A DNA stretch of 63,773 nucleotides, counting the filler, from Octopus bimaculoides (taxonomy: Eukaryota), in NCBI RefSeq assembly GCF_001194135.2. It is 7 parts of 7 records of this genome, joined end to end, with 100 filler letters (N's around TTAATTAATTAA, not from the genome) between each part and the next. Parts side by side here need not be neighbours in the genome. Positions count along the whole stretch, not along the records: positions 39,512 to 50,239 come from NC_068987.1; positions 50,340 to 60,425 come from NC_068981.1; 5 more parts are not named here. The stretch is one strand, 5' to 3'. The notes beneath the pieces are model-generated. The model saw nothing but the letters and a program-made list of their open reading frames with translations. It ran no database searches and was not told the DNA's origin. A program made the translations under genes and the position numbers. Shown piece after piece: positions 41,231 to 53,050 of the stretch (the first letter of the stretch is position 1; each line of letters starts with the position of its first letter).

Positions 41231-43159
41231 ACCTATAACTTATGTGCTTCACCTTAAATATTGGTTCCAATGGCAAACATAGAAGATTTGTCTTCCTGTA
41301 TCACTGTTATTGACCTAGTTTATCCCCAGGCCAGCCCTGATTGAGCAGAATCATTGTCCAAAATACCACAAACATGGTTCTTTGGGAGCATTCATGATTA
41401 TATTATCCAATGTTTCTTCTGATACCATAAAGTATAATCCGAGAAAAAGCTCGCTGCTATATCTAGAGGTCGAGCAGCCAAATAGAGGTTCTCTCGTTAG
41501 CCTGTCTTCATATTATGCAGTCTAAGACAGTGGAAGGTTCAGTATCTTCTCCAAATAATACACGTGATGATATATGATCTCCATCATAAGGAAGCGAGCT
41601 GAGGGAATGGTTAGCACGCCTGACAAACTGCTTAGCAGTATTTCTTCCGACTTTACGTTCTAAGTTCAAATGCAGCCGAGATCAACTTTGCCTTTTATCC
41701 TTTCGGGGTCGATAAAATAAGTACCAGTTGTGTACTGGTGTCGATGTGATCGATTTAACCCCTTCCACGAGATTGCTGGCCTTGTACCAAAATTTGAAAC
41801 CGTTAGTTGAACTCCATATTGAAATCTCACACAACACTCGTTAATTACAGTACTTCCGCTGCTTACAACCAAATAACCCATATTTTCTATTACGGTCGAT
41901 TGGTACTCTCGAGAGTCAAGTTATGAGTAGACAAGCCATAAATTACACGTTTGACTTAAATATTTCCTAACACATTTTTCTCGCTCGCCAACATTTATAT
42001 TTTAAATAATTCTTCTATTTTCATACAATTCAAAACATACAGCCGTGCAATTTGCTGCGATAATAACAAATTATTTCTTGTCTTCAAAAAAATCTCTCTA
42101 CTACCTTTGAAATTACAATCATTATTGGAATTTTTCACAGTGCAGACAGCCTTATAGATCAATAAATTCGTACAAAAAAAAATTTTCAAATATTTAAATA
42201 GTAAAAGAAAAAAGAAAGATTAAAATATCATGTTTGTTATTCCAACTTGTTTGTTATTTTATATTCTGGTGTTAACACATACCAGAGATCATCTTTACAA
42301 AATTGTCTATTATAAAATTTATAAATAATTCTACTTGTAAGAATAAACATTTCGAATTCAAATAATAAATGCTTTGAAATTTTTACAATAAACGTTTCCG
42401 TTTGTAATCGCAATATTTTTCTAGTCTTAAATCAGTTTTATGGTATCAACAATAAGTAAGACTTACGGTTCATTTATGACATTGTAGAGAAAAAAAAGTA
42501 ACAATCAGACGGTGTTTGAATCTTCCGACATAAACTCGGAATCGCAAAGTAATGATTTTTTTTTCTTCCCTCATCTCACCCAGTCCTATTCCCCACCCCA
42601 CCCACCATGTTTGTAATTCGTTGCTTTGAATATTCCTACCATAATCTAGTATTTGCAGATGGTTTTTCGTCATGACATATGTAATGAGTGTAAGGAAAGG
42701 AGTGCATTTTATGTACAAAAACACATCTGTATATATGTTGGTATATATATATATATATATATGTATATGCCTGTATGTATGTATGCATGTATGTATGTAT
42801 GTATGTATGTATGTATGTATGTATGACCGATAGAATAAGTACTAAGCTTACAAAGAATAAGTCCTGGGGTCGATTTGCTCGACTAAAGGCGGTGCTCCAG
42901 CATGGCTACAGTAAAATGACTGAAATAAGTAAAAGAGTAATGTATGATATTTATCAACAGCTATTGAATGAAAGAATTCACAGGTTTAATTTCCATGTTC
43001 AACAATTCCAGAATATAAACTATCAAACTCCGAGTCCGATAGTTTATAAGTAAACGATAACCTACTTGGACTTTCCGGACACTGACTGGCACGGAAATCG
43101 GCTTGTGTTGCTCTGAGTTGGCAAGACTTATACTCTTTTTTTTTGTTGTCGTTGTTGTT

Positions 43160-43552
43160 TTTTACTTGTTTCATTCATTTGACTATGGCCATGCTGGAGC
43201 ACCGCCTTTAGTCGAGCAAATCGACCCCAAGACTTATATTTGTATGCCTAGTACTTATTCTATCGGTCACTTTTGCCGAACCGCTAAGTTACGAGAACGT
43301 AAACACATGAGCATCAGTTGTCAAGCGATGTTGGGGGGACAAACACTGACACACAAACACACATACACATATATATACATATGCATATATACGACGGGCT
43401 TCTTTCAGTTTCCGTCTACCAAATCCACTCTCAAGGCTTTGGTCGGTCCGAGGCTATAGTAGAAGACACTTGCCCAAAGCGCCACGCAGTAGGACTGAAT
43501 CCGGAACCATGTGGCTGGTAAGCCAGCTACTTAACACACAGTCACGCCTACG
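43160..43552 (-). mobile_element. SINE family B
   Basis: Full reverse-complement copy, flanked by plus-orientation copies at 42825-42939 and 43725-44075. Confidence 0.88.
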
Positions 43553-45584
43553 CCTATTATATTATTTAATAAAATCGATAAAAAGAATACTGTGAAGTTG
43601 CAATTGGGACAATGGAAAATGTAACGTTTCGGACGAAGTCTTGCTTCAGGTAAATGTCAACAAGAGAGAAATTAGAGACTGCAGAGTTTTATATCCTCTG
43701 AAAGGATGTAAATTCTGTTGAAGTTTCGGGTTCAGTCCGACTGCGTGACACCTTGGGCTAGTGTTTTCTACTATAGCTCCAGACCGGCCAGAGCATTGTG
43801 AGTGAATTTGACCAGTCGTATATGTGTGTGTGAGAGTGTGTGTATATGTGTGTAACTATGTGCGTCTTTGCTTGTGTTTATCTCACCCACCGCCTAATAA
43901 CCAGTGTTGGGTTCTTTACGTTTCTGTAACTTAGCGCTTCGGCAAACAACACCAATAGAATAAATACCAGAGCTGAAAAAAAAACTTGAACTGGAGTCGA
44001 TCTCTTCAACTAAAATCCTTGAAGACGGTGCCCCAGCATGGCCGCAGTCCAATGACCGAAACAAGTAAAAGACAAGCGACGAAAGGTAAAAAGGTACTAA
44101 TGTCTAAAATTTCTCAATGAATTTCTATCCATGCAAACATTTAGAAGAAACTCCCACCATAGTTTCCTTCATAATTTTTAGATGCCCCGACGACGACGGA
44201 GAGGAGGAGGAAGGGGAGGGGAAAGAGGGGAGCAGGAGGAGTATGCGATCTAAAACCTTTGAATATATGGTAGCACATGTCTGCAAAATAAAAGAAATGT
44301 TTTTGAGAAAGCGCTACGAAAGTATTTTGTTTTTTTATAGAAGCCAGTTGGAATTTTAATCAATGTCTTCAGGTGAAATCTAAGATGATTTATACAATGG
44401 AACTACACCAAAACAGGAATTTACATAAACATCTCGGCTTAGTTTGTAGGCTTCCAGTTACTGTGGTATTATTGCCAACTGTTTTACAGTCATCTATCGA
44501 AGCAAAAGAACGTTTAAACAACAAAATATAATGGTAAATAGTTTTCATTCTGGCGATTATGATAATTAAAAGAGGCACTACAAAAGAAGCTTTTGGAAAG
44601 CTTCACAATGAAAGAGTTGAAATAAAATAAAATGGAATTAATTTGATGAGATAATAAGCCAATTTTTAAAATATTTCAACGAAAGCTGAATGAAATAATT
44701 GGTTACAACCAAAATCCAATATGCAGATTCATAAAATAGAATAAAGAATAAATAGGAATTCTTCGATTGTTTGCGGTACGTAATATCATTTACAGAAATT
44801 GCTTACTCTTCTAATTGTTGCCAACAAAACACTTGAACGAGGCTCTTCATAAATTGTAAAAGTTTTTTGGGGTTTTTTTGCATTAAAAATTAATCTATAA
44901 ATGTTTTGTTTTTTTTAGCTATTTATCTATCTTTGAGAATATAATTAAAATTGAGAAAATATAGAGTACAAAGAATGTTGATCACTTGCTGAAAATTGTA
45001 TTGTTTGAAAAAATAGTACGAGAATCAAAACAACGTAGTCGAGACGGGGAAACGAGTTAAATGAGAATAAACAACTGCACTTACGTTTGCAGTCATATTT
45101 CTTTAGGGGAAATTTCAATCCCCTAGGTTGTGCAAAGAACAATGAATGATGTATGAGTTTCTCAAATTGATAACGTAATTAGTGCTGCAGACTGATGCAC
45201 TTCATTCATTATTGATAAGGTTTACCAAAACATTTTGAGGAATTGATAGAATCGAAAGATTTTTGACATGGAAGCGTGGTTAAGATGCAGGAATGACTGA
45301 GTGGTTAAGAAGCTCGTGTTGCTACCTTGTGGTTTTGTCTTCAGACCCACTATGCGGCACCTTGAGCAAGTATCTTCTACTATAGCCCCGGGCCGACCAA
45401 TACATTGGGAGTGAATTCGGCAGACGAAAATTATGTGAAGCTCAACGTGGGCGAATGTATGTCAGTGCTGGATTAACCGTAAAGCAAAATAAGCAAATGC
45501 TTAGAACAACAAGGGAAGGAGGGGGCACCACAGAAATGGTAAATGGTTTACGGTACAAAAGAAATCCCTTTACACTTGCTAAAA

Positions 45585-45938
45585 TACGAGGGTGAGTCAA
45601 AAGGTAATGCCATTTTGTTTATGATAGGTAGAATTACCAACACAGGAACATGTATCATACATCAAAATGAAGCTGGTCCTCTGTGGATCACATCCCTACT
45701 TCTCAACATAGTCACCGTTTCTCTCAATAGCAATGTTCGACCCTCGAATGAGAGCAATGTATCCCTGCCCCGTAAAATTCTGTTGACTGTTCTTTGAGCC
45801 ATTTCTTCACTACAGTTTTCACTTCCTCTGTGGACTATCATCTCTTCGGCCCCGTGAAAGAGGGTTTGAGAAGCAAACATTAATCCAGTGATGAGGAAGT
45901 GAAAACTGTAGTGAAGAAGTGGCTCAAAGAACAGTCAA
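45585..45938 (-). mobile_element. Mariner transposon 3' end with a fold-back inversion
   Basis: TA + TIR CGAGGGTGAGTCAAAAGGTAATG at 45585. Minus strand reads EEVKTVVKKWLKEQSTEFYGAGIH(fs)ALIRGSNIAIERNGDYVEK*. Plus strand 45833-45938 reads DYHLFGPVKEGLRSKH*SSDEEVKTVVKKWLKEQS. Confidence 0.85.
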
Positions 45939-46116
45939 TATATAACGAAGTTGGCTAGACGCAATTCAAAACCAAAATGTGACGAAGGGTACAGGGAGCA
46001 CCAGCATTTCTAGAAATATGAGTCAAAGAACACTTTAGCCACAAAAGCACATTTTCTATTTCTTGACAGGGGAGAAATTTTCCCAATACAATTGAGAGGC
46101 ATTAGATTGACATACT

Positions 46117-46124
46117 GTTGTTGC

Positions 46125-46188
<64 letters not shown>

Positions 46189-46218
46189 ATTGTTGTTGCT
46201 GCTGTTGTAGTAGTAGTA

Positions 46219-46257
<39 letters not shown>

Positions 46258-46262
46258 GTAAT
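46117..46262. repeat. Compound (GTT)n-(AGT)n-(AAT)n microsatellite
   Basis: Read directly from sequence. Confidence 0.97.
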
Positions 46263-46263
46263 A

Positions 46264-46820
46264 AATGCCCTGATGCAATACTAGGCAGTTGCTCTCATCG
46301 CTTCTGATCTTAACTGATCGGAAGTGTTATCATGTACATTGTTTTGTCTTTGTATAAAAGATGGGTTACAGCAAATATTCTGCTTAATACCACAGATTTG
46401 CTTGTCAGTTGTTTGACCTTAACCAGTTGAGCATGTCCCTTGGTGGCTGACGATATATGCATCTCTGATCATGAGCAGAAGTTGTGGGGGAGCATCATAG
46501 CCATGTGTTGAGAGGAATTCGTTGGGCTTTGGATAATTCACCTTTGGAAACATGGGTGTTTCATTCAACATCCTTAAACAATCCTTATTCAGGGACCTTT
46601 TGAGGGAGACGGGCTACTCGACCCGAAGAAAATTCTAACTGTGCCCCACCTGCAAGGTCATACGATGTTTATCTTGATATGAGATCACCATGTCGTGCAC
46701 ATATGGTTGTGATGTATGTGCCTGGTGTACCCTTATCAGACGGGTAGTCATGATGGGTATAATGGGCTTCGTATATTTTACCCCAGTGTCACTTTGATGG
46801 CATGCACTGCTCTCTCACTT
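46264..46820 (+). mobile_element. ~560-bp non-coding interspersed element embedded in (AAT)n, apparently full length
   Basis: (AAT)n-aaatgccctgatgc...gcatgcactgctctctcact-(AAT)n. Homologous copies at 183-505 and 37254-37644 are in the opposite orientation. Confidence 0.8.
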
Positions 46821-46939
46821 AATGATAATAATGATAATTGTCTCTAACATAAGCACAAGGTCAGAAAATCATGGTAGAAGAGTTAGTTGATCAAATCCAT
46901 TCCAGCAGCTGACTGGCACTTAGCGATCTGGAGCCACCG

Positions 46940-48050
46940 TCCAAAACTAATATGAATAGAATATACTTGACCTGCATACAAGGAAAGCAGAATCCAATAT
47001 AAATATTAAATCGCTATAAAGTAACAACATTGGGACTCGATAATATTTAAAAGCAAACCACGAGGAAGTTATTAATATCATAAAGTTAACATAAAGAAAA
47101 CAGAACACTTCTTATTTTTATATTGAGGAAGCAATCAAGTACAGACTGAAAATTATATTGAGAAAAAAATTACATAAGAACAAAACAAGAATAGATACTT
47201 AAATAAAACAGGATTCCAAAACAGACAAAAGGAAATGAGAGAAAACCCACTCCACGGCCAACACCCACCTTGACTTGTAGAAAACAAATATACCAGAGTG
47301 AAAGCAAGCAATAACTTAAAAGCACTGGACTAAAAGTGGAAACAGAAGGTTTATTTTAGCTGCGCAAATCCAATTCTGACCACAAATAATTATGGAAATA
47401 AAATACATCAAGTGCAAACTAAGCAATCAGTACAACGAGATGATTAACCACATCACTTCTGGCTGCTCGATCCTTGATAAGTCCGTGTATGTTCACAGAT
47501 ACGATCGAGTTGGCTGCTATGTCCACTGCGCTGTATGTCAGCACTTCAACGGAAAATGGAAAAGTGTGTCGCCGCCCACCAAAGCAACACATGTCAACAG
47601 TCATCAGATGTCCAGGTGGAACTCCATCTTAACGCTTCAACGCGAGGAGGATGTCCACGCCTCCGAACAGTCTTGTCCTGGTTACATGATCAACATCTGC
47701 TTTTATTTCTTTCAAGGCTCTTTCTTACATGACAGTAACGTTGCCACAATCATCTGATACCTGCCTGTCCAAACTGACAGCGGGATTAAGTTACAAACCG
47801 TTTAGTAATATCTATCAAAGACTAGGATTAAAATGCATGAACTCTGAGAGACAACTCGATCCCTTGTAACAAATGTATTGCTCAGAAGTAGGCGGATAAG
47901 CTGCCAAAGTTCAACGCTCTTGAAATTGAAATAAGCAAGATGTGGAGTTTGAAAGTGAAAACTACCAATAATATGTGGAGTACCTAGTGTTTTCCACCTT
48001 TTATTTTTTGCAGTCATTAAACTGCACCCAATTCGGGACACCGTCTCCAA
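46940..48050 (+). mobile_element. Degenerate Dong/R4-clade retrotransposon remnant
   Basis: Broken frames containing NRIYL, PLHGQHP, LKVETEG and CKLSNQYNEMINHITSGCSILDKSVYVHRYDRVG, plus an EIEISKMWSLK-like tail. Confidence 0.7.
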
Positions 48051-48299
48051 AGGTTTTGATCGAACAAATCATCCCCTGGTACTTATTTTAAACTCTGGTA
48101 CTAACTCTAACGGTCCCTTTTTCCGAATTGCTAAGTTCCAGAAACGTAAATAATGCAACACCGGTTGTCGTCTGTATTAAAACACATAAACCATAACATG
48201 TGAAAGTTACCAGGACTCACAATGTTCCTTGCATTTCATGCAATAACTAACGTTATATTATTGGGGGGGGGGGGACCGGGAATCCCAGATGAAACTCTA

Positions 48300-49570
48300 T
48301 TTTGTAAATAAAGCTGAGAAATGCAGAACAGAGTTACACGTTAACAGAAATAGAAAACAGTAGTGAAGCTGACCTCACACCAACAAAGGCAGCCAAAATG
48401 CGTAGAATGGGAGCAAAAGCAGGACTTGAAATCCTTCAAAGATAGGTGACAGTACAAAGCTCTATGCGTCCAATACTCACTTCGCACTCAGGAGGCTGAT
48501 TGTACACCAATCACAAAACCATCAGTGACTGCGGAGTTCAAGGTTGAATGCAGAAACAGAGGGTTTCATTCTTGCAGTCCGGGACCAGAATCTATACAGA
48601 AAAAAAATTACCAAGCTAACGTACTCAAAAGAGGAGCAAACCCCAAGAGAAGTGTCTACAATGCCAATATCGGCACGATTGGCTATATAGTATTTGGATG
48701 CCTAAGTCTAGCTCCAACTGAATATTAAGCCAGACATGATATTCACTGGACTTTACACAAAAAGCTTCGGTGCTGTATTTGCGAAAAGCTGGTGTGAACA
48801 CCAACGTAAACCAGAAGTTGAAAGTAACGACAGGAGCATCCTTTCGGAATTCGCAGTATGTAGTGGTCTCTGAAAGTGGCGAGCTGGTAGAAACGTTAGC
48901 ACGCCGGACGAAATGCTTCGCGATATTTCGTCTGTCTTTACGTTCTGAGTTCAAATTCCGCCGAGGTCGACTTTGCCTTTCATCCTTTCGGGGTCGATAA
49001 GTTAAGTACAAGTTGCGTACTGGGGTCGATCTAATAGACCGACCCCCTCCCCAAAAATTTCGGGTCTTGTTCCTAGAGTAGAAAAGTATATAGTGGTCTC
49101 ACAGTTAATGCCAAACGCCCTGATTTTATAGTTAAAGGCTACAAACACAAGAGCTACCTACTTATAAATATAACAGAAATGTACCTGGCAAGGGATATGA
49201 TAGACTTACCAAAGGTAAAGGCCTACAAATTGCAATAAGCAGGATGTGGCAGTGTTAATTGGAGCAGCGTTATGAGTCATAAAAATAAGTTAGAAGCTTC
49301 CTTGAAAAAATCCTAGGAAACCCTAACATAGACAAAATCCCCAAAATAGTACAAAACAATATAGTTTGCACTTAATATAGTTCTAGTCCTTGTAATTTAT
49401 ATTCTATAAACCATTTTTTCTCTTCTCTCTGTTGTTACTTGAATCAAGAGCAAAAACGAGAACAGGACCAGGAGGTGTATCGAAGAATAACATTACACAA
49501 TAACGCCTGCTCTAAGTTACTGGTTGTCGTTCGGCAGGAGGTACTTGTTATCTAAGCGATATCAAAGCAA
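48300..49570 (+). mobile_element. Second degenerate Dong/R4-clade remnant, interrupted by a SINE and ending at (GAA)n
   Basis: AETEGFILAVRDQ at ~48550, CLSLAPTEY*ARHD at ~48700, VNAKRPDFIV after the SINE, IAISRMW at ~49230, then a non-coding tail and (GAA)n from 49568. Confidence 0.72.
48871..49084 (+). mobile_element. tRNA-derived SINE family A, young full-length copy with target-site duplication
   Basis: A-box-like TGGTAGAAACGTTAG, B-box GAGTTCAAATTCC, body GGTCGACTTTGCCTTTCATCCTTTCGGGGTCGATAA. 16-bp TSD agtatgtagtggtctc (48855-70) / agtatatagtggtctc (49085-100). Confidence 0.9.
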
Positions 49571-49668
49571 GAAGAAGAAGAAGAAGAAGAAGAAGAAGAA
49601 GAAGAAGAAGAAGAAGAAGAAGAAGAAGAAGAAGAAGAAGGAGGAGGAGGAGGAGGAGGAGGAGGAGG
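49568..49668. repeat. Compound (GAA)n-(GGA)n microsatellite
   Basis: Read directly from sequence. Confidence 0.97.
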
Positions 49669-50239
49669 ATTTCTAAACATAAGTCCATCCATTGCAGTCT
49701 ATATATTGAGGCACGGTCATTCATTTAATGAAATATTCGTCAGATAAACTAATTTTGCAGTACACAAATTGAAAATGCTTTTCCAGAGATTTTACAGCAT
49801 TAGTTTCTCTTTCAAACCATTTCCCTTGTTTCTTTTCTATTAATCTCCTTCTCTTGAAGTATTTTGTTAAAATCCAAACAAAATAGTTTCGGTAAATTGG
49901 TTCCAGAACTGCTGAGATTTTGGTGATAACGTTTATTCAAGAAAAGCCTTGCAACTGTTTAAATTACACTTTTCATTCATCTCTGATGCTCTCTCTCTCT
50001 CTATCTATCTCTCGCTCTCTATCTATCTCTCTCTCTCTCTATCTCTCTCTCTTTTTCTCTCCGTCTCTTTCTCCCTCCATATGTGTGTGTGTGTTTTGTG
50101 TGTACACACATACACACACACACATATATATATGTATATATATATATGTGTGTGTATACATATATATATGTGTATATATGTATAAGTGTACATATACGTG
50201 TGCATATATATATGATATATATATGTATATATATATATA

Positions 50240-50339
50240 NNNNNNNNNNNNNNNNNNNNNNNNNNNNNNNNNNNNNNNNNNNNTTAATTAATTAANNNNN
50301 NNNNNNNNNNNNNNNNNNNNNNNNNNNNNNNNNNNNNNN
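50240..50339. other. Assembly placeholder gap (44 N + TTAATTAATTAA + 44 N)
   Basis: The identical six-frame-stop spacer also occurs at 8996, 33170, 39456, 60470 and 62575. Artificial, not biological. Confidence 0.9.
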
Positions 50340-50799
50340 TATATATATATATATATATGTATGATAGTGTAATTCCGTGCCCAAATCAAAGTCGAAGAAG
50401 TAATTGCATAAATACATACATATAAATTAAGAAGTCCAAGCTGATGAGATAACAGTTCACAATAATCCAAAAAGGGATTATATATATTAATTTATATATT
50501 GCAAATGAACTCAACTCCAAAACGAATTCATCCAAAGTGTCCATGTTTACTATATATTTACACACGGACACACAAACAAACGCTTGTATACGCATATAAA
50601 CACTTACACATGCATACATGTTTCTTAATTGTATGCATAAGAACACGATTAGATGTATGTACATTAATTCATGCAAACTTTTCATAGACACTTACACTCA
50701 AGCACGCGTGTGGGCAAACACAAACACACATACGTGCATATATGATATGTAGTTTGAAAGACAGAGAGAAAGAAAAACAAGGCAGAAAGACATACTTAC

Positions 50800-50946
50800 G
50801 TCAAAAGGAAAATCGTAATTGTCGCATGTGTCGAAAGGTCTCTGATATTCAATGACCAATGCATGCTTGTTTAACTGACCAGATAATATCTTGTAATCTT
50901 GCTGATTGTCAATGTGGAGTATACCTTTGCTGTCCGTCCATGCATC
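50800..50946 (-). CDS. DBH: DBH/TBH second coding exon (rest of DOMON), 147 nt
   Basis: Acceptor tttcttatatatag| and donor |gtaagt, phase 0 at both ends. Translation DAWTDSKGILHIDNQQDYKILSGQLNKHALVIEYQRPFDTCDNYDFPFD aligns ungapped with human DBH DAWSDQKGQIHLDPQQDY...KRPFGTCD (recalled from memory). Missed by the ORF track. Confidence 0.93.
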
Positions 50947-51164
50947 CTATATATAAGAAATAAATTTAAACATATGTCTATTAAAAGATATCTCTAATTC
51001 ATCATGCATATAGACAACTGTATATCTTTACATTTACGACACTGCCTCTATATCATTGATATTCCAGTTTGTAGAGGAAAAGTCTAAGCTAACGCCACAT
51101 TAAACAAAGGAAAAAAACAATGATTACTCCTCCACACGCGCGCGCGCGCGTACACACATGCACG

Positions 51165-51214
<50 letters not shown>

Positions 51215-51399
51215 AAATGTCTAAGTATGTGTGTGAGGTTTTGCATCTGCTTCTTTTATTAGTTAGTGCCACACAGTCCAAACGTGAATCTAAAATGAGA
51301 TGGCGTTTCAATCGCCCCCTAAATCTAAAGAGCGAGACGATCCAAGGAAAGCCTCAAAAAGCCTGAAGAAGTGTGGTTACCCGACCTGTAATTTTCTAT

Positions 51400-53050
51400 T
51401 GTTGTTGAGGAGCCTAAAGCCTAAAAGGTATTAGCGTTTCCACGGTTGTAGCATCGAGGGCTTCTATCAACCTCAGTCGCTGTCCTCCTGGGATTTTCTT
51501 TAGGTTTCATCTGAATCAAAATACCCCTTCGCAATCTAATTCTCGGAATCTCTTTATTTTTAAGAAGCGTGCTAAGGCCTTCCAAAATCGTACTTTTCAC
51601 CATCCACCAGAAATTTGGTTCTGATGGTATGCTTGAGATTTTTATTCGGTTCACTCTCTGCTCCAAGTATCTGAGCGAGATCTCAAGTTTTGTGGGACGT
51701 TCTAATGACTCGGATGTATCCTCAATTAAGGGTGTATCCACAAAATCGGTGCCTTGATATATAATTCTTAAACAGAGCTCAGCTTGGTCCGCAGGAATAC
51801 GTTCTAATTTATGTCTTTTTGTCGATATGCATCTATACAGAATTGTTCTCTTTTTTGTTAGGTCTGAAATGTGATATGGTATACTGAACGCAAATACCTG
51901 TTTGATATGTTAATGCATTTTCTACCTCTTTTAAATATTCATATTCATTGTCTAGGCAGAAGAAATATTTTTGCCGTGTTTTCACTGTTACTGCTGCTAT
52001 TGTTAGTATCATAGCTATCGCTGCAGGTATTACTTCTTATTGAGATGCTGCTAATAACTATTTGAGGTTCTTTGTTTGACATGCTGTTGTTTTTACTGCT
52101 CCTTATATTGTTGTTGTTGCTGTTATAACTGTTGTTGATGTTATTTTCGGCGAAGAAAGCTTCCACATTTGCTGTCCAAAATGCAGTCAACTCCACAGTG
52201 CCTACACTCTACAATACTCTTCAAAACTGTCCTTCATAAACAATCAGTCTTACCACCATTGCTATCATTTGCATGCCAAGTGCAAAAATACCTGCAGTTA
52301 TTTCATATTAACAAACCCAGCACATCAGATCCCACTGGGCGATTACCTGGGAGGTTTTCTGTTATATTCTTATAGTCGACGGTAACTTTATGAGTGATAT
52401 TTCTTAGTAAGATACTGCGCACAATTTCGTTTGGCTGTAAATGTTTTGGATGATAGAGTTAATCCATCGACGGTTCAACACTACAATCTGGTATTTGATG
52501 ACATACAAGCCTTCGTACTTGATCTCAAATATGATTTGCTGATAACCACTTTCAACTGCAGCGACCCACGTCATAGCTGCTTGTAGCCCTTTTCGCTAAT
52601 GAGTCTCGGGACCTTGAAAACATTATAGACCCTACTCATCTTCGTGTGTCTATGCTATAAGGAAAGCAACAATGGTAAAGAAAAGAACCATGTAATCTGT
52701 ATACAACTTGCAAATTCTGCGACGGACAGAGTCCTTGTAAATATCCTACAATATGATGATGGCAGTCTTGTGTATTTTAATAATATACAAGTATACAGAC
52801 ACAATCACGAAACGAGCTTGTACTTCTCTCTAATCTAAAACATGTAATCTAAACTTCCAAAGACGCTATAAATTCTATACCTCACTAACTCTAACGCACT
52901 TCCTTGACAATGTAACATGCACATCATAGTTACAGCTCCATTCTAAGGACAAGAGTTTTCCTTTGGGTAAAATACTATTTCAACTCTGTTCAGTTATCTC
53001 CTATACAGTTCAATTTAATAACCACAATGAATCGTGGTGCAGCTATTACG
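51400..53050 (-). mobile_element. Degenerate LINE (APE-like remnant followed by the RT N-terminus), L1/Tx1-like, in DBH intron 1
   Basis: Minus frames give LNCIG, LHCQG and FCTWH...KTDCL (weak APE echoes), then NFWWMVKSTILEGLSTLLKNKEIPRIRLRRGILIQMKPKENP, which echoes the RT domain-0 FW...G..P...R.GII...PK. Confidence 0.45.

Noticed and set aside
43622-43655. Hammerhead-like CTGAAG...GAC TTC GTC...GAAAC on the minus strand
   Set aside because: Core mismatch (CUGANGC instead of CUGANGA) and no stem I pairing.
44390-44578. ORF with LLFKRSF resembling DOMON LLFKRPF
   Set aside because: No other DOMON residues and no consistent splice sites. The true segment is already in exon 50800-50946.
45085-45181. 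Possible DBH exon (EKLIHHSLF..., strong gtaagt donor)
   Set aside because: In-frame TAA at 45179-81, no good acceptor, the conserved Cys of VHHM..F.C is missing, and exon 3 is not upstream.
46297-46331. U2 snRNA-like words ATCGCTTCT...GATC..AAGTGT..TATC
   Set aside because: Scattered short matches inside a repeat. The U2 stem I sequence and the rest of U2 are absent.
50698-50799. Hydrophobic 33-aa read-through tail giving a DOMON-only isoform
   Set aside because: The donor is strong, and hydrophobic read-through is expected from any T-rich intron. No evidence of use.
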